A stretch of 64,000 nucleotides of DNA from a virus (Duplodnaviria > Caudoviricetes): the IMG/VR virus record IMGVR_UViG_3300033073_000738, positions 57,015 through 121,014 of that record, one strand, 5' to 3'. Shown here one piece after another: positions 20,858 through 29,504 of this stretch (position 1 is its first letter; every line of letters starts with the position of its first letter). The position numbers and the translations under genes are program-made. Below the pieces are notes generated by a model. It worked only from the letters and a program-made list of their open reading frames with translations, did no database searches and was not told where the DNA came from.

Positions 20858-21718
20858 TTACCATCCCTCAGTTGATTTGAACATATCATAATACTTATTG
20901 TACATTGCTTTTCTGTTGAGCTCCCATAGTTTATACATCTCGGCAAAATCAGGTGTATTAACAATACTCAGCGCGTTGTTTCTTGCAACCCTCAAACGCT
21001 GTTCTACCAGTTGCATCTTTTGAACTACGTCTTCACCATTCATATAGAGATTCTCAAGTATCCGCTGCTTCAATGCGTATTCATAATACTCATTGATCAT
21101 AGGGTGATCTAAAACCAGAAGATTACCATCGTCATCTTCCAAGGCTCCTTGGTAGTTGATGAACACCCTACCACTATCAAGCTTGGTGTAGATGAATCCA
21201 TTCTTTATATAACCTGCGAGATTAGAATCGTTAGGGCTGAAGTTCTTAACCCCGGATATCATCAATCTTTCAAAATGGTCGTATATCCTTGTTTCATTAG
21301 TTCTCTTCTCTACAACCTGTACATGGATATTCTCCCCTGTTTGACTCTCAATAGTGTAGGTCTTTTCACAGGTGCAATCCAGGTCAACATTACCGCATGT
21401 ACCACAGGTAGCAGGGTCAAGTATCACATCTTCTGTATGACGACCATGGAATCCTTTACTAACCACTTTATACTTACCGCACAGGTAAGCATAATTGAGA
21501 ACATAGAAATCATCCGGTAAACGAAGCTTCTTGTTCTCTACATCAAGCAACTTCTGTTTTGTACCATGTATACGTAACCCTAGGTCATAATTTACTTTCT
21601 GTGCAATCTTAATTAACTGCCCAGGCTCAATCATACCTTCATTGTTGTACAGATACAGATCTGCACTCACCTCGTCAAGAAGCTCATTGAATGTCTTATA
21701 TTTCAATTCAGTTTTCAT
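20858..21718 (-). CDS. Tail ring/tubular protein
   Basis: LRLPDDFY, GFIYT...GRVFINYQG...DDDGNLLVLDHP..EYYEY motifs; immediately upstream of the muzzle gene. Confidence 0.7.
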   Translation of the reverse strand: MKTELKYKTFNELLDEVSADLYLYNNEGMIEPGQLIKIAQKVNYDLGLRIHGTKQKLLDVENKKLRLPDDFYVLNYAYLCGKYKVVSKGFHGRHTEDVILDPATCGTCGNVDLDCTCEKTYTIESQTGENIHVQVVEKRTNETRIYDHFERLMISGVKNFSPNDSNLAGYIKNGFIYTKLDSGRVFINYQGALEDDDGNLLVLDHPMINEYYEYALKQRILENLYMNGEDVVQKMQLVEQRLRVARNNALSIVNTPDFAEMYKLWELNRKAMYNKYYDMFKSTEGW

Positions 21719-22389
21719 CGAAGTGCGTTTTGTTTGTCATTTTGTAAGTCACTAGGAAACTGTGCAACCCCGCTTAAATCTTTCAGTGTAGCAGCTTCCA
21801 ATTCACCAAACAAGTAATCAGGTACATTAAAAGGTTGGTCAGACCTTATACGACAATCATCATCTGCACAAGTGAAACCTTGAATGTCATCTTGGAATAT
21901 TCCTTCTATACGTACAGCGTCCCATTCCAGATTGGGGAAATAGATGTAGTCATCCAGAAACCAATAGTAAAGTGTCTTGTTATATTTGAAGTTCTTTGAG
22001 TTAGCTGTATGTATATACGTACTGGGAAGAATAGGTTGCAACTCATCACTACCATCCAGACTTGCTATAGTTCTGATCAATGGACCCCAATAACCCTGCA
22101 TAAACGTCGGCATCTTTTCTTTGGTCCTCTTGATTGTTATGTCACTCTTGATACCAGTGCAGCAAGCCATTACTTTGTCAACTTCTATAAGCTCGACAAA
22201 CTCAAGAGTTTGCATTACAGAAGTCATACCCAACAACTTTGATTTGGAATCTTCCCTCTTCAAAAGCCATTGCGCATTCTTCAATAAAAAAGAATAAAGG
22301 ACTCTATCTGTAAGAAAGAAGTCCTGTTTGGATGCTTTTATCTGGTTGCGTATCCTGGATACAATATTTCCTATAGTAGGTCTTGACAT
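21715..22389 (-). CDS. Tail ring/structural protein
   Basis: TIGNIVSRIRNQIK, LIEVDK..CC, YYWFLDDYIYFPN...IEGIF motifs; conserved position after the IHF-like gene. Confidence 0.7.
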   Translation of the reverse strand: MSRPTIGNIVSRIRNQIKASKQDFFLTDRVLYSFLLKNAQWLLKREDSKSKLLGMTSVMQTLEFVELIEVDKVMACCTGIKSDITIKRTKEKMPTFMQGYWGPLIRTIASLDGSDELQPILPSTYIHTANSKNFKYNKTLYYWFLDDYIYFPNLEWDAVRIEGIFQDDIQGFTCADDDCRIRSDQPFNVPDYLFGELEAATLKDLSGVAQFPSDLQNDKQNALR

Positions 22390-22390
22390 A

Positions 22391-22978
22391 TCAGTCTAAA
22401 TTAAACTCATCATAATTTTCGAGTAGTAACGTGTCGTCTTGAATTTTCTGATCTTTCTCTTTCTGATAGCGGAACAATCTGGACACCTTAGTCAGATTGT
22501 CTACCACTACATACTTTTTCCATTCTTTTGGGTAAGTTGCAGCCACTTGCCTTTTAAAAGATCTATATGCAACAAACCCCCATAAGTCATGATTCTTGAA
22601 TCTGTACTTTGTCTCAAAGTTTGTATAGAATATCTTGGCAACATGTTGGTCGCTTTCCCAATTCATGGTCTGCAAATGCACACCATACATCTCACTTTTC
22701 TTGTGGTCTATAGCAATGAGACGTTTTCTTCTTTCACATGTACCAATGAACATGTAACCCAACTGTTCCGGTAGCTCTACACCATCTCTGTATTCTATTA
22801 CCTTTTTCCAGATTGTCTCGTTAAAAAGGTTGATTACATTCTTAAACTGAGAGAAAGAAATAGATGAATACTTAGGGTTGTCTTGTTTGAACCTTTCAAA
22901 AAGTTCGCTATTCAATATGACCAGTCTAGAAGGACGATATCTAGGTGCATTAAGATCTGGTTTCTTGTAAGTCTTCAT
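22391..22978 (-). CDS. IHF/HU-like DNA-binding protein (crAss IHF_53-like)
   Basis: GVELPEQLG...F and W.F.A.R.FKR motifs; conserved position before the ring-protein genes. Confidence 0.65.
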   Translation of the reverse strand: MKTYKKPDLNAPRYRPSRLVILNSELFERFKQDNPKYSSISFSQFKNVINLFNETIWKKVIEYRDGVELPEQLGYMFIGTCERRKRLIAIDHKKSEMYGVHLQTMNWESDQHVAKIFYTNFETKYRFKNHDLWGFVAYRSFKRQVAATYPKEWKKYVVVDNLTKVSRLFRYQKEKDQKIQDDTLLLENYDEFNLD

Positions 22979-22986
22979 CAGGGTAC

Positions 22987-23002
22987 TACATTAATAATAT
23001 AC
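22987..23002 (-). promoter_or_regulatory. Late promoter motif GTATATTATTAATGTA
   Basis: Identical to 8606-8621; 8 nt upstream of the ATG at 22978. Confidence 0.7.
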
Positions 23003-23040
23003 AAAAAATCGACAAAGTTTCCTATCCAAACTTTAAAGGT

Positions 23041-24327
23041 TTAAACAGTATATGTAAGCTCACACACTTTGCCCTTGAGTAGATCGTGAATCTCCATTAC
23101 AGCTTGGCGTTTGGAACCAGTGTATTTATTGTGATAGTGCCAATAGTCTGTCTTACATAGACTAGGTAGATGCTTTATAGCAAAACCATGCTGCTCATCT
23201 TCTGTCACATACTCCATGGTTTTCTTCTTATGCCAGTGGCCTGTGTAGCAGGTTCTATACTGAGTATTACCCCATTCTTGGGAAAACTCTGTAGCATAAA
23301 CCAATGGTGTTGTCTTAGTGCTTACATCGCCGTGCTCAAAAGCAAAGAAATTCTCTCCCCAGGTGACCACCTTTCTTTCAGAATAGCCTACGTTGAATAA
23401 TATCTTACTACTATTAAAGCATTTAGACAGCGCATGGGCAAGATGAAAAGAACTCAACCTGTCATGGTTACCTGGCAAGTACAACACCTCAAGCTCATTA
23501 CAGAACTGGGAGATATGGTTTACACTCCAGTAGAGAGCATCAAATGCTGTTAGATAAGCATCTTGAGCTTTCATTTCGTTATCTACAACGGTGCCCTTGG
23601 TTGTCTGTCCACTAAACGTGTCCATGTTCAACAAGTCACCACCAAACACGTAGATGATTTTATGGAGCTTATGAGAATGATAGCCCCTTATGACCAGGTT
23701 AGACACAGCGTCTTTGAAGTCTTGTACGACACCCTCGCTACCCTCTTTACCAAAGTGGAGGTCCTGTATAGACAAAACCCCTATAACAGGGGCGTCATAT
23801 CGGTCATTGATATGCACCTCCTTTATAGGGGTGTATTGAGGCTTAAACTTATTTATAGCTTCTAATAGCAGATCCTTGGGTTCCTGCTTTATACGTGATA
23901 CCATTGCTGATATCAACCAGTGGTCCCGGTGCTGTTTGTTCCAATAAGACGACAGCTTCCATTTTGTCTCGTCAATCTTTAGAATGCGTATAATCTCTTC
24001 AGGACTCTTGGGCTCAACGACAGCTATTCCTTTGAGTTCAGCTGTACCTTCGTCAAGATTTTCTTTGAACTCAATCACTTTGTTCTTGTAATCCTGGGCA
24101 GCACCAAGAAGCTGCTCGTTAGGTTTAGTTACATCATTCTCTTCCAACTTGCTGGTAATAGCCTCCAGCATATATAGATCCAGGTCGTCTTCTAAATCAT
24201 TCTTAGCCACTAAAATTTTAGCCTTGATCTCTTGGTAATCTTCTAAAGAAATACCTAATTTTGTAGAACAATAACTGTCAGATCGTTTCCATTTTAAGGA
24301 ACCGTACACTAACTGAATGATATTCAT
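23041..24327 (-). CDS. Calcineurin-like metallophosphoesterase with an N-terminal helical/HTH-like region
   Basis: DLHFG, GGDLLNMD, PGNHD, EHGD and TGHWH give the full metallophosphoesterase motif set. Confidence 0.85.
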   Translation of the reverse strand: MNIIQLVYGSLKWKRSDSYCSTKLGISLEDYQEIKAKILVAKNDLEDDLDLYMLEAITSKLEENDVTKPNEQLLGAAQDYKNKVIEFKENLDEGTAELKGIAVVEPKSPEEIIRILKIDETKWKLSSYWNKQHRDHWLISAMVSRIKQEPKDLLLEAINKFKPQYTPIKEVHINDRYDAPVIGVLSIQDLHFGKEGSEGVVQDFKDAVSNLVIRGYHSHKLHKIIYVFGGDLLNMDTFSGQTTKGTVVDNEMKAQDAYLTAFDALYWSVNHISQFCNELEVLYLPGNHDRLSSFHLAHALSKCFNSSKILFNVGYSERKVVTWGENFFAFEHGDVSTKTTPLVYATEFSQEWGNTQYRTCYTGHWHKKKTMEYVTEDEQHGFAIKHLPSLCKTDYWHYHNKYTGSKRQAVMEIHDLLKGKVCELTYTV

Positions 24328-24413
24328 TGGATTGGGATTGGTATACGGGTTACTAAGTTCGTACTATTTGTAGAACTTATAGCTTTTTTATTGTTTTTTT
24401 ACCAACATCTATA

Positions 24414-24448
24414 AAAAATAATAGCCCCGTTGTAGAAACAAAGGGGCT
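24414..24448 (-). terminator. Intrinsic terminator after the FN3/Cys-rich cluster
   Basis: AGCCCC/GGGGCT stem with inner TTGT/ACAA pairing, followed by a U-rich tract on the minus strand. Confidence 0.65.
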
Positions 24449-24490
24449 TTGTTATGTCAGAGGAAACCAACAAAACCGCTGACTAATATA

Positions 24491-25813
24491 TTAGTTAGGT
24501 AATGCTGCGTTACAAGCTGTTCCACAAGTAGAGTAATGAATGTTATCTATAACATAACCAGGTCCAGAAGTACTTGTTGAAACCAGTTCATACACATAAA
24601 AACCATATTCACTAGCTGACGATAATGGCAAATAAAAATGACCAATTACAGGTGTTACACTAGTAGGTAACGCAACCAGGTAGTTAGTCTGAGTAGGTGT
24701 TGTGCTACAGGTACCAGCTGTACAAGCGTATACGTTAGCGTAATAGTTATTGTAAGTAGGTGATCCACAGCTCACTGTTCCAGTAGAATTGTAAACACAA
24801 ACGTTCTGAGTATAAGAAGTGGTTGTGCCGTTCACCAGGATAACAGACAATGTAGCTGAGGTAGCAGAAGAAACCGAGTTTACAGTTAAGACAGTTGTAT
24901 TAAATGTTACATATCCATTAGAAGGAACAGTGACGTCCACGTACAAAGTATTACTTGTACCTATAGATGCTGTACCAGTGGTGGATATTACATTTGAAAC
25001 TTCACTATCAGAAGCCCCTGTACTAGAAGAAATACTTCCCTGAAGTTGAGCACAATAACCTGATGCGTTATTTGTTAAAGATCCTGATGCAGATAGCTTT
25101 ACTCTCATAGTAGTGCCAGCAGGAGCATCTATCCTGTATACACCATATCCCAAAGAACAAGAAGTCTGAGTAATAGTTGGAGTGGGCACCGAACTACCAG
25201 ATGCACATGTCATTGCAACAGACCAGGTATCAGTAAAGCTTACATCAGTAACAGACTCCACTACTAACTTATACCAACAAGTTGTTGGAGTGAATGTAAG
25301 TGTACCCGTGTTGCCATTGCTTAAAGTAGCTCCCCAGGGCCCAGAATAACTAGCTGTACCTTTCCAACCAGATGTAGCCACTTCATTACCAGAAGGGTCA
25401 AATACGGCAAAACGATTAGGTTTGTCTACAGAGTCATAAGCAAGAGAGACCGTACCAGTTGCTGTAGAGCAGTCTAAAATATACTCACCGTAGTTATAAT
25501 AGCCATTGTGAGTATGACTCCCTGTAATAGATCCTGCACAAGTGTACATTGTGTTCTTAGTAGCTGTAACTGTTTGTTCAGTACTCACCTGGGAGTTATC
25601 ACAAACACTTTGTACAACAACATTGATGTCCTCACAAGCAGGTACTGATATAGTTACAGGACTACTAGTAGGGTTTGGACTCACTGTATTGTAAGTTATA
25701 GCACTAGCTGTTTTCCATTTCACAATGTAACCACCCGCAGGGGGTGTCACACTACCTGTGAAGTTCACAGTAAGTGTCTTAGTAACCGGACATGTACAGG
25801 AAGTAAAAGGCAT
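24491..25813 (-). CDS. Ser/Thr/Cys-rich beta-sandwich virion protein with an N-terminal FN3-like domain
   Basis: GYIVKWK...Y...V..VQSVC FN3-like pattern; T/S/G-rich. Confidence 0.6.
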   Translation of the reverse strand: MPFTSCTCPVTKTLTVNFTGSVTPPAGGYIVKWKTASAITYNTVSPNPTSSPVTISVPACEDINVVVQSVCDNSQVSTEQTVTATKNTMYTCAGSITGSHTHNGYYNYGEYILDCSTATGTVSLAYDSVDKPNRFAVFDPSGNEVATSGWKGTASYSGPWGATLSNGNTGTLTFTPTTCWYKLVVESVTDVSFTDTWSVAMTCASGSSVPTPTITQTSCSLGYGVYRIDAPAGTTMRVKLSASGSLTNNASGYCAQLQGSISSSTGASDSEVSNVISTTGTASIGTSNTLYVDVTVPSNGYVTFNTTVLTVNSVSSATSATLSVILVNGTTTSYTQNVCVYNSTGTVSCGSPTYNNYYANVYACTAGTCSTTPTQTNYLVALPTSVTPVIGHFYLPLSSASEYGFYVYELVSTSTSGPGYVIDNIHYSTCGTACNAALPN

Positions 25814-25823
25814 TTATAATGTA

Positions 25824-26282
25824 TTAACAGTTTGCAACTGAAGTAACAATACCTGCAGAGCTCACTTGATATACTTTAGTACCGTCTGAATAGAATCCTC
25901 CGGTAGTATAAGCTGTGGTCAAAGCTGAATCAGAATACACCTGTGTATTCACAGCCAATGTAGGAACAGCTGCATAGAATGTATAGATTCTGTTTGTGTT
26001 GGCACAAGCAGCAGCTGAGCTAGAAGGGTCCCTTGAAACATTAAATGTAGCAGGAACAATAACAGCAAATGTAGTTATTGCTCCATATTGACCGTTTCCA
26101 CAATCACCCTGGATTGTACCCTCATATGAAACACCTGCCCCAAGATTGTCTATTTGAAAAACATTTGTAGTGGGGTTAGGTACCCTTTGAGTATACGTTG
26201 CTGTACCTACTTGTCGGTACTTGACAATGTATCCATTTGTAGGGTTGTTGTTGGAGCTAAAACTAACTGTAATTGTAGCCAT
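25824..26282 (-). CDS. FN3-like domain virion protein
   Basis: GYIVKYRQVG...IDNL..GVSYEGTIQGDC. Confidence 0.65.
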   Translation of the reverse strand: MATITVSFSSNNNPTNGYIVKYRQVGTATYTQRVPNPTTNVFQIDNLGAGVSYEGTIQGDCGNGQYGAITTFAVIVPATFNVSRDPSSSAAACANTNRIYTFYAAVPTLAVNTQVYSDSALTTAYTTGGFYSDGTKVYQVSSAGIVTSVANC

Positions 26283-26294
26283 TGGTTATTATAT

Positions 26295-26924
26295 TTAACA
26301 AGTCACAGATCCTGTGGTATATGCTTTTATAATGGTAGTTGTTCCAGAAAGAGCAAGTGTAGGAGATGCAGAAACAACGAATGTAGTAGAGTCGGTAATT
26401 GAACTCACTGTTGTGTTAGCAGCAAAAGCACCAGTACCAGAATATACAAATACTGTCTGACCCACTGAAAGTCCTGTAGTGGATGTAACTGTCACTGTAG
26501 TTCCAGAAGACGTAGCTCCGGCTGAGCTGGTGTAAACAATAGGTCCCTTTATGAGAAATCCTGTACCGCTCATTAACTGAGGGGTATTCTCAATAGCACA
26601 GATTGTAGCAGTGTTTCCTGCAGTAACTGTACTGGTAGCCAAAGTTTCAGTGCCGTCCAAGTATTCTACAGTGGTAGAAGATTGAGCAGAGTTAACCAGA
26701 ATCGTATAAGTCTTGGTAACCACTGTAGTATTTATTGCTTTATAGAGCTTAATGATTACATCCTTCATTCTTTCTCCACTAGAAACACCTAAGCTTGGGA
26801 GATTGGGTCCAGTATATTTAACACACTTGCCATTAAGAATCTCCTCACAAGACTCTCCACTAGGGCAATCAGGAAGTGTGTATGAAACACTAGGAGGACA
26901 ATCATTACAAGGATTACAAGCCAT
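26295..26924 (-). CDS. Cys-rich N-terminus plus beta-rich virion protein
   Basis: CNPCNDC...CVKYTGPNLPSL; C-terminal TTGLSVGQTV...TTVSSI fibre-like motif. Confidence 0.55.
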   Translation of the reverse strand: MACNPCNDCPPSVSYTLPDCPSGESCEEILNGKCVKYTGPNLPSLGVSSGERMKDVIIKLYKAINTTVVTKTYTILVNSAQSSTTVEYLDGTETLATSTVTAGNTATICAIENTPQLMSGTGFLIKGPIVYTSSAGATSSGTTVTVTSTTGLSVGQTVFVYSGTGAFAANTTVSSITDSTTFVVSASPTLALSGTTTIIKAYTTGSVTC

Positions 26925-26945
26925 TTTAATAAAGTATAATAGAGT

Positions 26946-27179
26946 TTAACAATGTATGGTCATAGTTGCACTGGTGATCAAGTCCCCACTATTCACGCAG
27001 ACACCCGATATTCTAACGTTGTAATAGACGCCACAGCTCAGTCCTGTGATTGTATAGGTCCCAACTGTGTTAGCGACTTCAGCAATTAGATTCCATGTAT
27101 TAGACGTTTGTATCTTATACTGAATCTGTTGAGTAGTCAGTGTAGAATTAGGTGTCCAGGTAACTACTGCTGAAGCCAT
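26946..27179 (-). CDS. Single FN3-like domain protein
   Basis: VVTWTP...QIQYK...W...YTITGL..GVYYNVRISGVC. Confidence 0.65.
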   Translation of the reverse strand: MASAVVTWTPNSTLTTQQIQYKIQTSNTWNLIAEVANTVGTYTITGLSCGVYYNVRISGVCVNSGDLITSATMTIHC

Positions 27180-28414
27180 TAGCTAATGGTTGCAACAAGG
27201 TTAGTAATAGTGGTACAAGGAGCGTATATGGTCTTAACAGTAGACTTATTACAGAGCTGACCATTCTTAGATACGCAAGTCTCAATAGTAACTATATAAT
27301 TGAGTGACGCATTCAAACCAGCACCTGTCAGTGAAATAGATACACCACTGCTGTTTGCTTTGTTAGCAACCACCTGAATGTTTCCGGTGTACTTGGTGCC
27401 AGAGCTATCAGCAATTGTAATCTTACTACCAGCTTGGTTACATTCAGCAAACCCGGTAGGAATCGTAGTAAGACCATTAAAGTTGATGGTAACAGTATCC
27501 CTTGCTACGTTAGTTGTAGCAGTGAAATCAATCACAACAGTGTTACAATCAACAGTGTAAACGATAGTCTTAATATCAGACATAGCACCTCTCATGTCAC
27601 ATACTGTGAGCCAGAGATTATTAATGCTATCAGCAAGAGTAGTAGCTGTGGTTTTCCAACCAGAAATACCACTCATTGTACCTGTTTGACTAAGAGCGTT
27701 GAAAGATGAAAGCCCTGTGCATTGTTTAGCTGCAGCAGAGCTAATGCTTGTATTTGTACCAAGCACTCCTTTAAGACTACATAACTCTGTAGAAACTGTT
27801 TCTAATGCCACATCAAGATCTACTAAAGCAGAAGAACCGTTCAGACATTGAAGTGTCACCTGAGGAAGAGCATCTGCTGAAGTATTCTCAAGTACGGTTA
27901 CCCTGGTGTTAAGACCACTAATCAAAGTGGTGTGACTGTCAACAGTTGTTTTCAGGTCACATAGTTTATTAGCAAGTGTAAGTGTGTACTGATTGTGTAC
28001 CAGTTGAGTAACAGCTTGACCCTGAGCATTAGTATATTGCAGACAGCTGGGAAGAGTAAGTGTAGGTTCAGTAAAACTAGATCCTCCACCAGTGCCACCT
28101 TCCAATGCTACTGTCCTGGTATTCAAACAACATACTTTATCTATAATAAATTCCAATACCGCTGCCAGGGTCTTAGTAGTAGGAGCAGGATTGTAAGCGG
28201 TGCAGAAACCAACAAGACAAGTCAAATCTAAGTCAGATAGATCCAACTCAGTTTGAACTGTACATAGACTGGTCGCTACTTTATACACTACGTCAGACAC
28301 TGTATCACCCTTGCAAAGATTGATACAGGGCAAGTCAGCACCTTGCCATATTACACAATTAGAGGAGACAGGAGAACATCCCTGGTCAGCAGTATTGGAA
28401 GAAATTGGTAGCAT
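27179..28414 (-). CDS. Cys-rich coiled-coil virion fibre-like protein
   Basis: SSNCVIWQGADLPCINLCKGD N-terminus; heptad segments interleaved with Cys motifs. Confidence 0.55.
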   Translation of the reverse strand: MLPISSNTADQGCSPVSSNCVIWQGADLPCINLCKGDTVSDVVYKVATSLCTVQTELDLSDLDLTCLVGFCTAYNPAPTTKTLAAVLEFIIDKVCCLNTRTVALEGGTGGGSSFTEPTLTLPSCLQYTNAQGQAVTQLVHNQYTLTLANKLCDLKTTVDSHTTLISGLNTRVTVLENTSADALPQVTLQCLNGSSALVDLDVALETVSTELCSLKGVLGTNTSISSAAAKQCTGLSSFNALSQTGTMSGISGWKTTATTLADSINNLWLTVCDMRGAMSDIKTIVYTVDCNTVVIDFTATTNVARDTVTINFNGLTTIPTGFAECNQAGSKITIADSSGTKYTGNIQVVANKANSSGVSISLTGAGLNASLNYIVTIETCVSKNGQLCNKSTVKTIYAPCTTITNLVATIS

Positions 28415-28442
28415 AGGGTTAGAATTGACCGTAAATTATAGT

Positions 28443-28481
28443 CTACAATATAATATACATTTTTCCAAGTATTTCTCCAAA
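28443..28481 (-). promoter_or_regulatory. Promoter TTTG-N19-GTATATTATATTGTAG
   Basis: Same motif family; TTTG at 28478-28481 lies 19 nt upstream of GTATATT. Confidence 0.65.
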
Positions 28482-28483
28482 AT

Positions 28484-28513
28484 AAAAACCCCCAGTGTAG
28501 ATACACCAGGGGT
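28484..28513 (-). terminator. Intrinsic terminator
   Basis: ACCCC...GTGT-AGAT-ACAC...GGGGT hairpin plus a minus-strand U tract, 20 nt after the stop at 28534. Confidence 0.6.
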
Positions 28514-28533
28514 CCTAATCACTCAAAAAACTC

Positions 28534-29028
28534 TCAATTTGCGGACTCTGTCTCTTTGGTTGGTCGTAAAATCTTGTAAAAAACTTTATAATCTTCGTCA
28601 GTCTTGAAATCAAAATTTTCTATACGAAACGGATAGTGTTCAATATCTCGAGTTTCAGCCAACAGAGTTTCCATTTCAGCATTGAACTCAAGAAACTTGG
28701 GATTGATAACCTTGATCACATTGTCTTCTGCATCTTTTACCAAGTTGCCGTTTTCATCAACTTTGTCAACAGACATAGGGATTGTAATGCTATCATTATC
28801 TCCCTTCTCACCATATTTATTGATAAGCTCGTTTCTAAGCGTATCTACATTCTTTTTGTATTGCTGAATACTGTCAGACAGGTCATGTAACCAGTATTTT
28901 TGCAAGAGAGATATAGGATGAGAAATCAGACCCTTAGTAAGAACCTCACCGCTTTGAGGATTCTTTTGTCCGTTCAATTCACTATCTAATACATAAATTT
29001 CTCCAAGAGTGAGAGTGTGTTTAGTCAT
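28534..29028 (-). CDS. Hypothetical protein, possible tail-fibre assembly chaperone
   Basis: RNELINKYG...F.EF..E...LL pattern often seen next to fibre genes. Confidence 0.45.
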   Translation of the reverse strand: MTKHTLTLGEIYVLDSELNGQKNPQSGEVLTKGLISHPISLLQKYWLHDLSDSIQQYKKNVDTLRNELINKYGEKGDNDSITIPMSVDKVDENGNLVKDAEDNVIKVINPKFLEFNAEMETLLAETRDIEHYPFRIENFDFKTDEDYKVFYKILRPTKETESAN

Positions 29029-29047
29029 ATACACAAGGATTTTTTAC

Positions 29048-29073
29048 TCTACAAATATAAGGTCATTTGTAGA
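29048..29073 (-). promoter_or_regulatory. Bacteroidota-type -7 box (TATATTTG) embedded in palindrome TCTACAAAT-N8-ATTTGTAGA
   Basis: Perfect 9-bp inverted repeat; the same arms recur at 62783-62809. Confidence 0.55.
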
Positions 29074-29099
29074 CGTTAAGAAATAGAAAATATCAACAT

Positions 29100-29486
29100 T
29101 TAGGATATTTGTATAAATGCCTTACCTGCTACAATAGCAGAGTCTGTGATAGCCCAGTTTGTCTCACGTATAGCAGTGATCTGCTGAGCTGCGTCAATCC
29201 ACTCTTGATCGTCAGCTGCAACACCAGCTTGAATCTGAGGAGTGAGAAGTTGCATCATTTCAGTATTGATTCTATTAGCCTGACCTTCAGGCTTAGAAGC
29301 AATATTGGAAAATATTTTTACCAGGTCATAAACTGTAGTATTTACAGTTACAAGGTCATCATCTGCCATTCCTCCACATTGCATAGCAATACGTTTGATG
29401 AGGGTATAAAACTCTTCAGCAGAATAACGTTTGAGATCATTGGCTACAAAATAAAAATGCTTGGCTTTCAATTGTACGGGAATCAT
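29100..29486 (-). CDS. Hypothetical protein
   Basis: 128 aa ORF in the operon; no motif recognised. Confidence 0.6.
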   Translation of the reverse strand: MIPVQLKAKHFYFVANDLKRYSAEEFYTLIKRIAMQCGGMADDDLVTVNTTVYDLVKIFSNIASKPEGQANRINTEMMQLLTPQIQAGVAADDQEWIDAAQQITAIRETNWAITDSAIVAGKAFIQIS

Positions 29487-29504
29487 AGTATTAGGGTTTA
29501 AATA

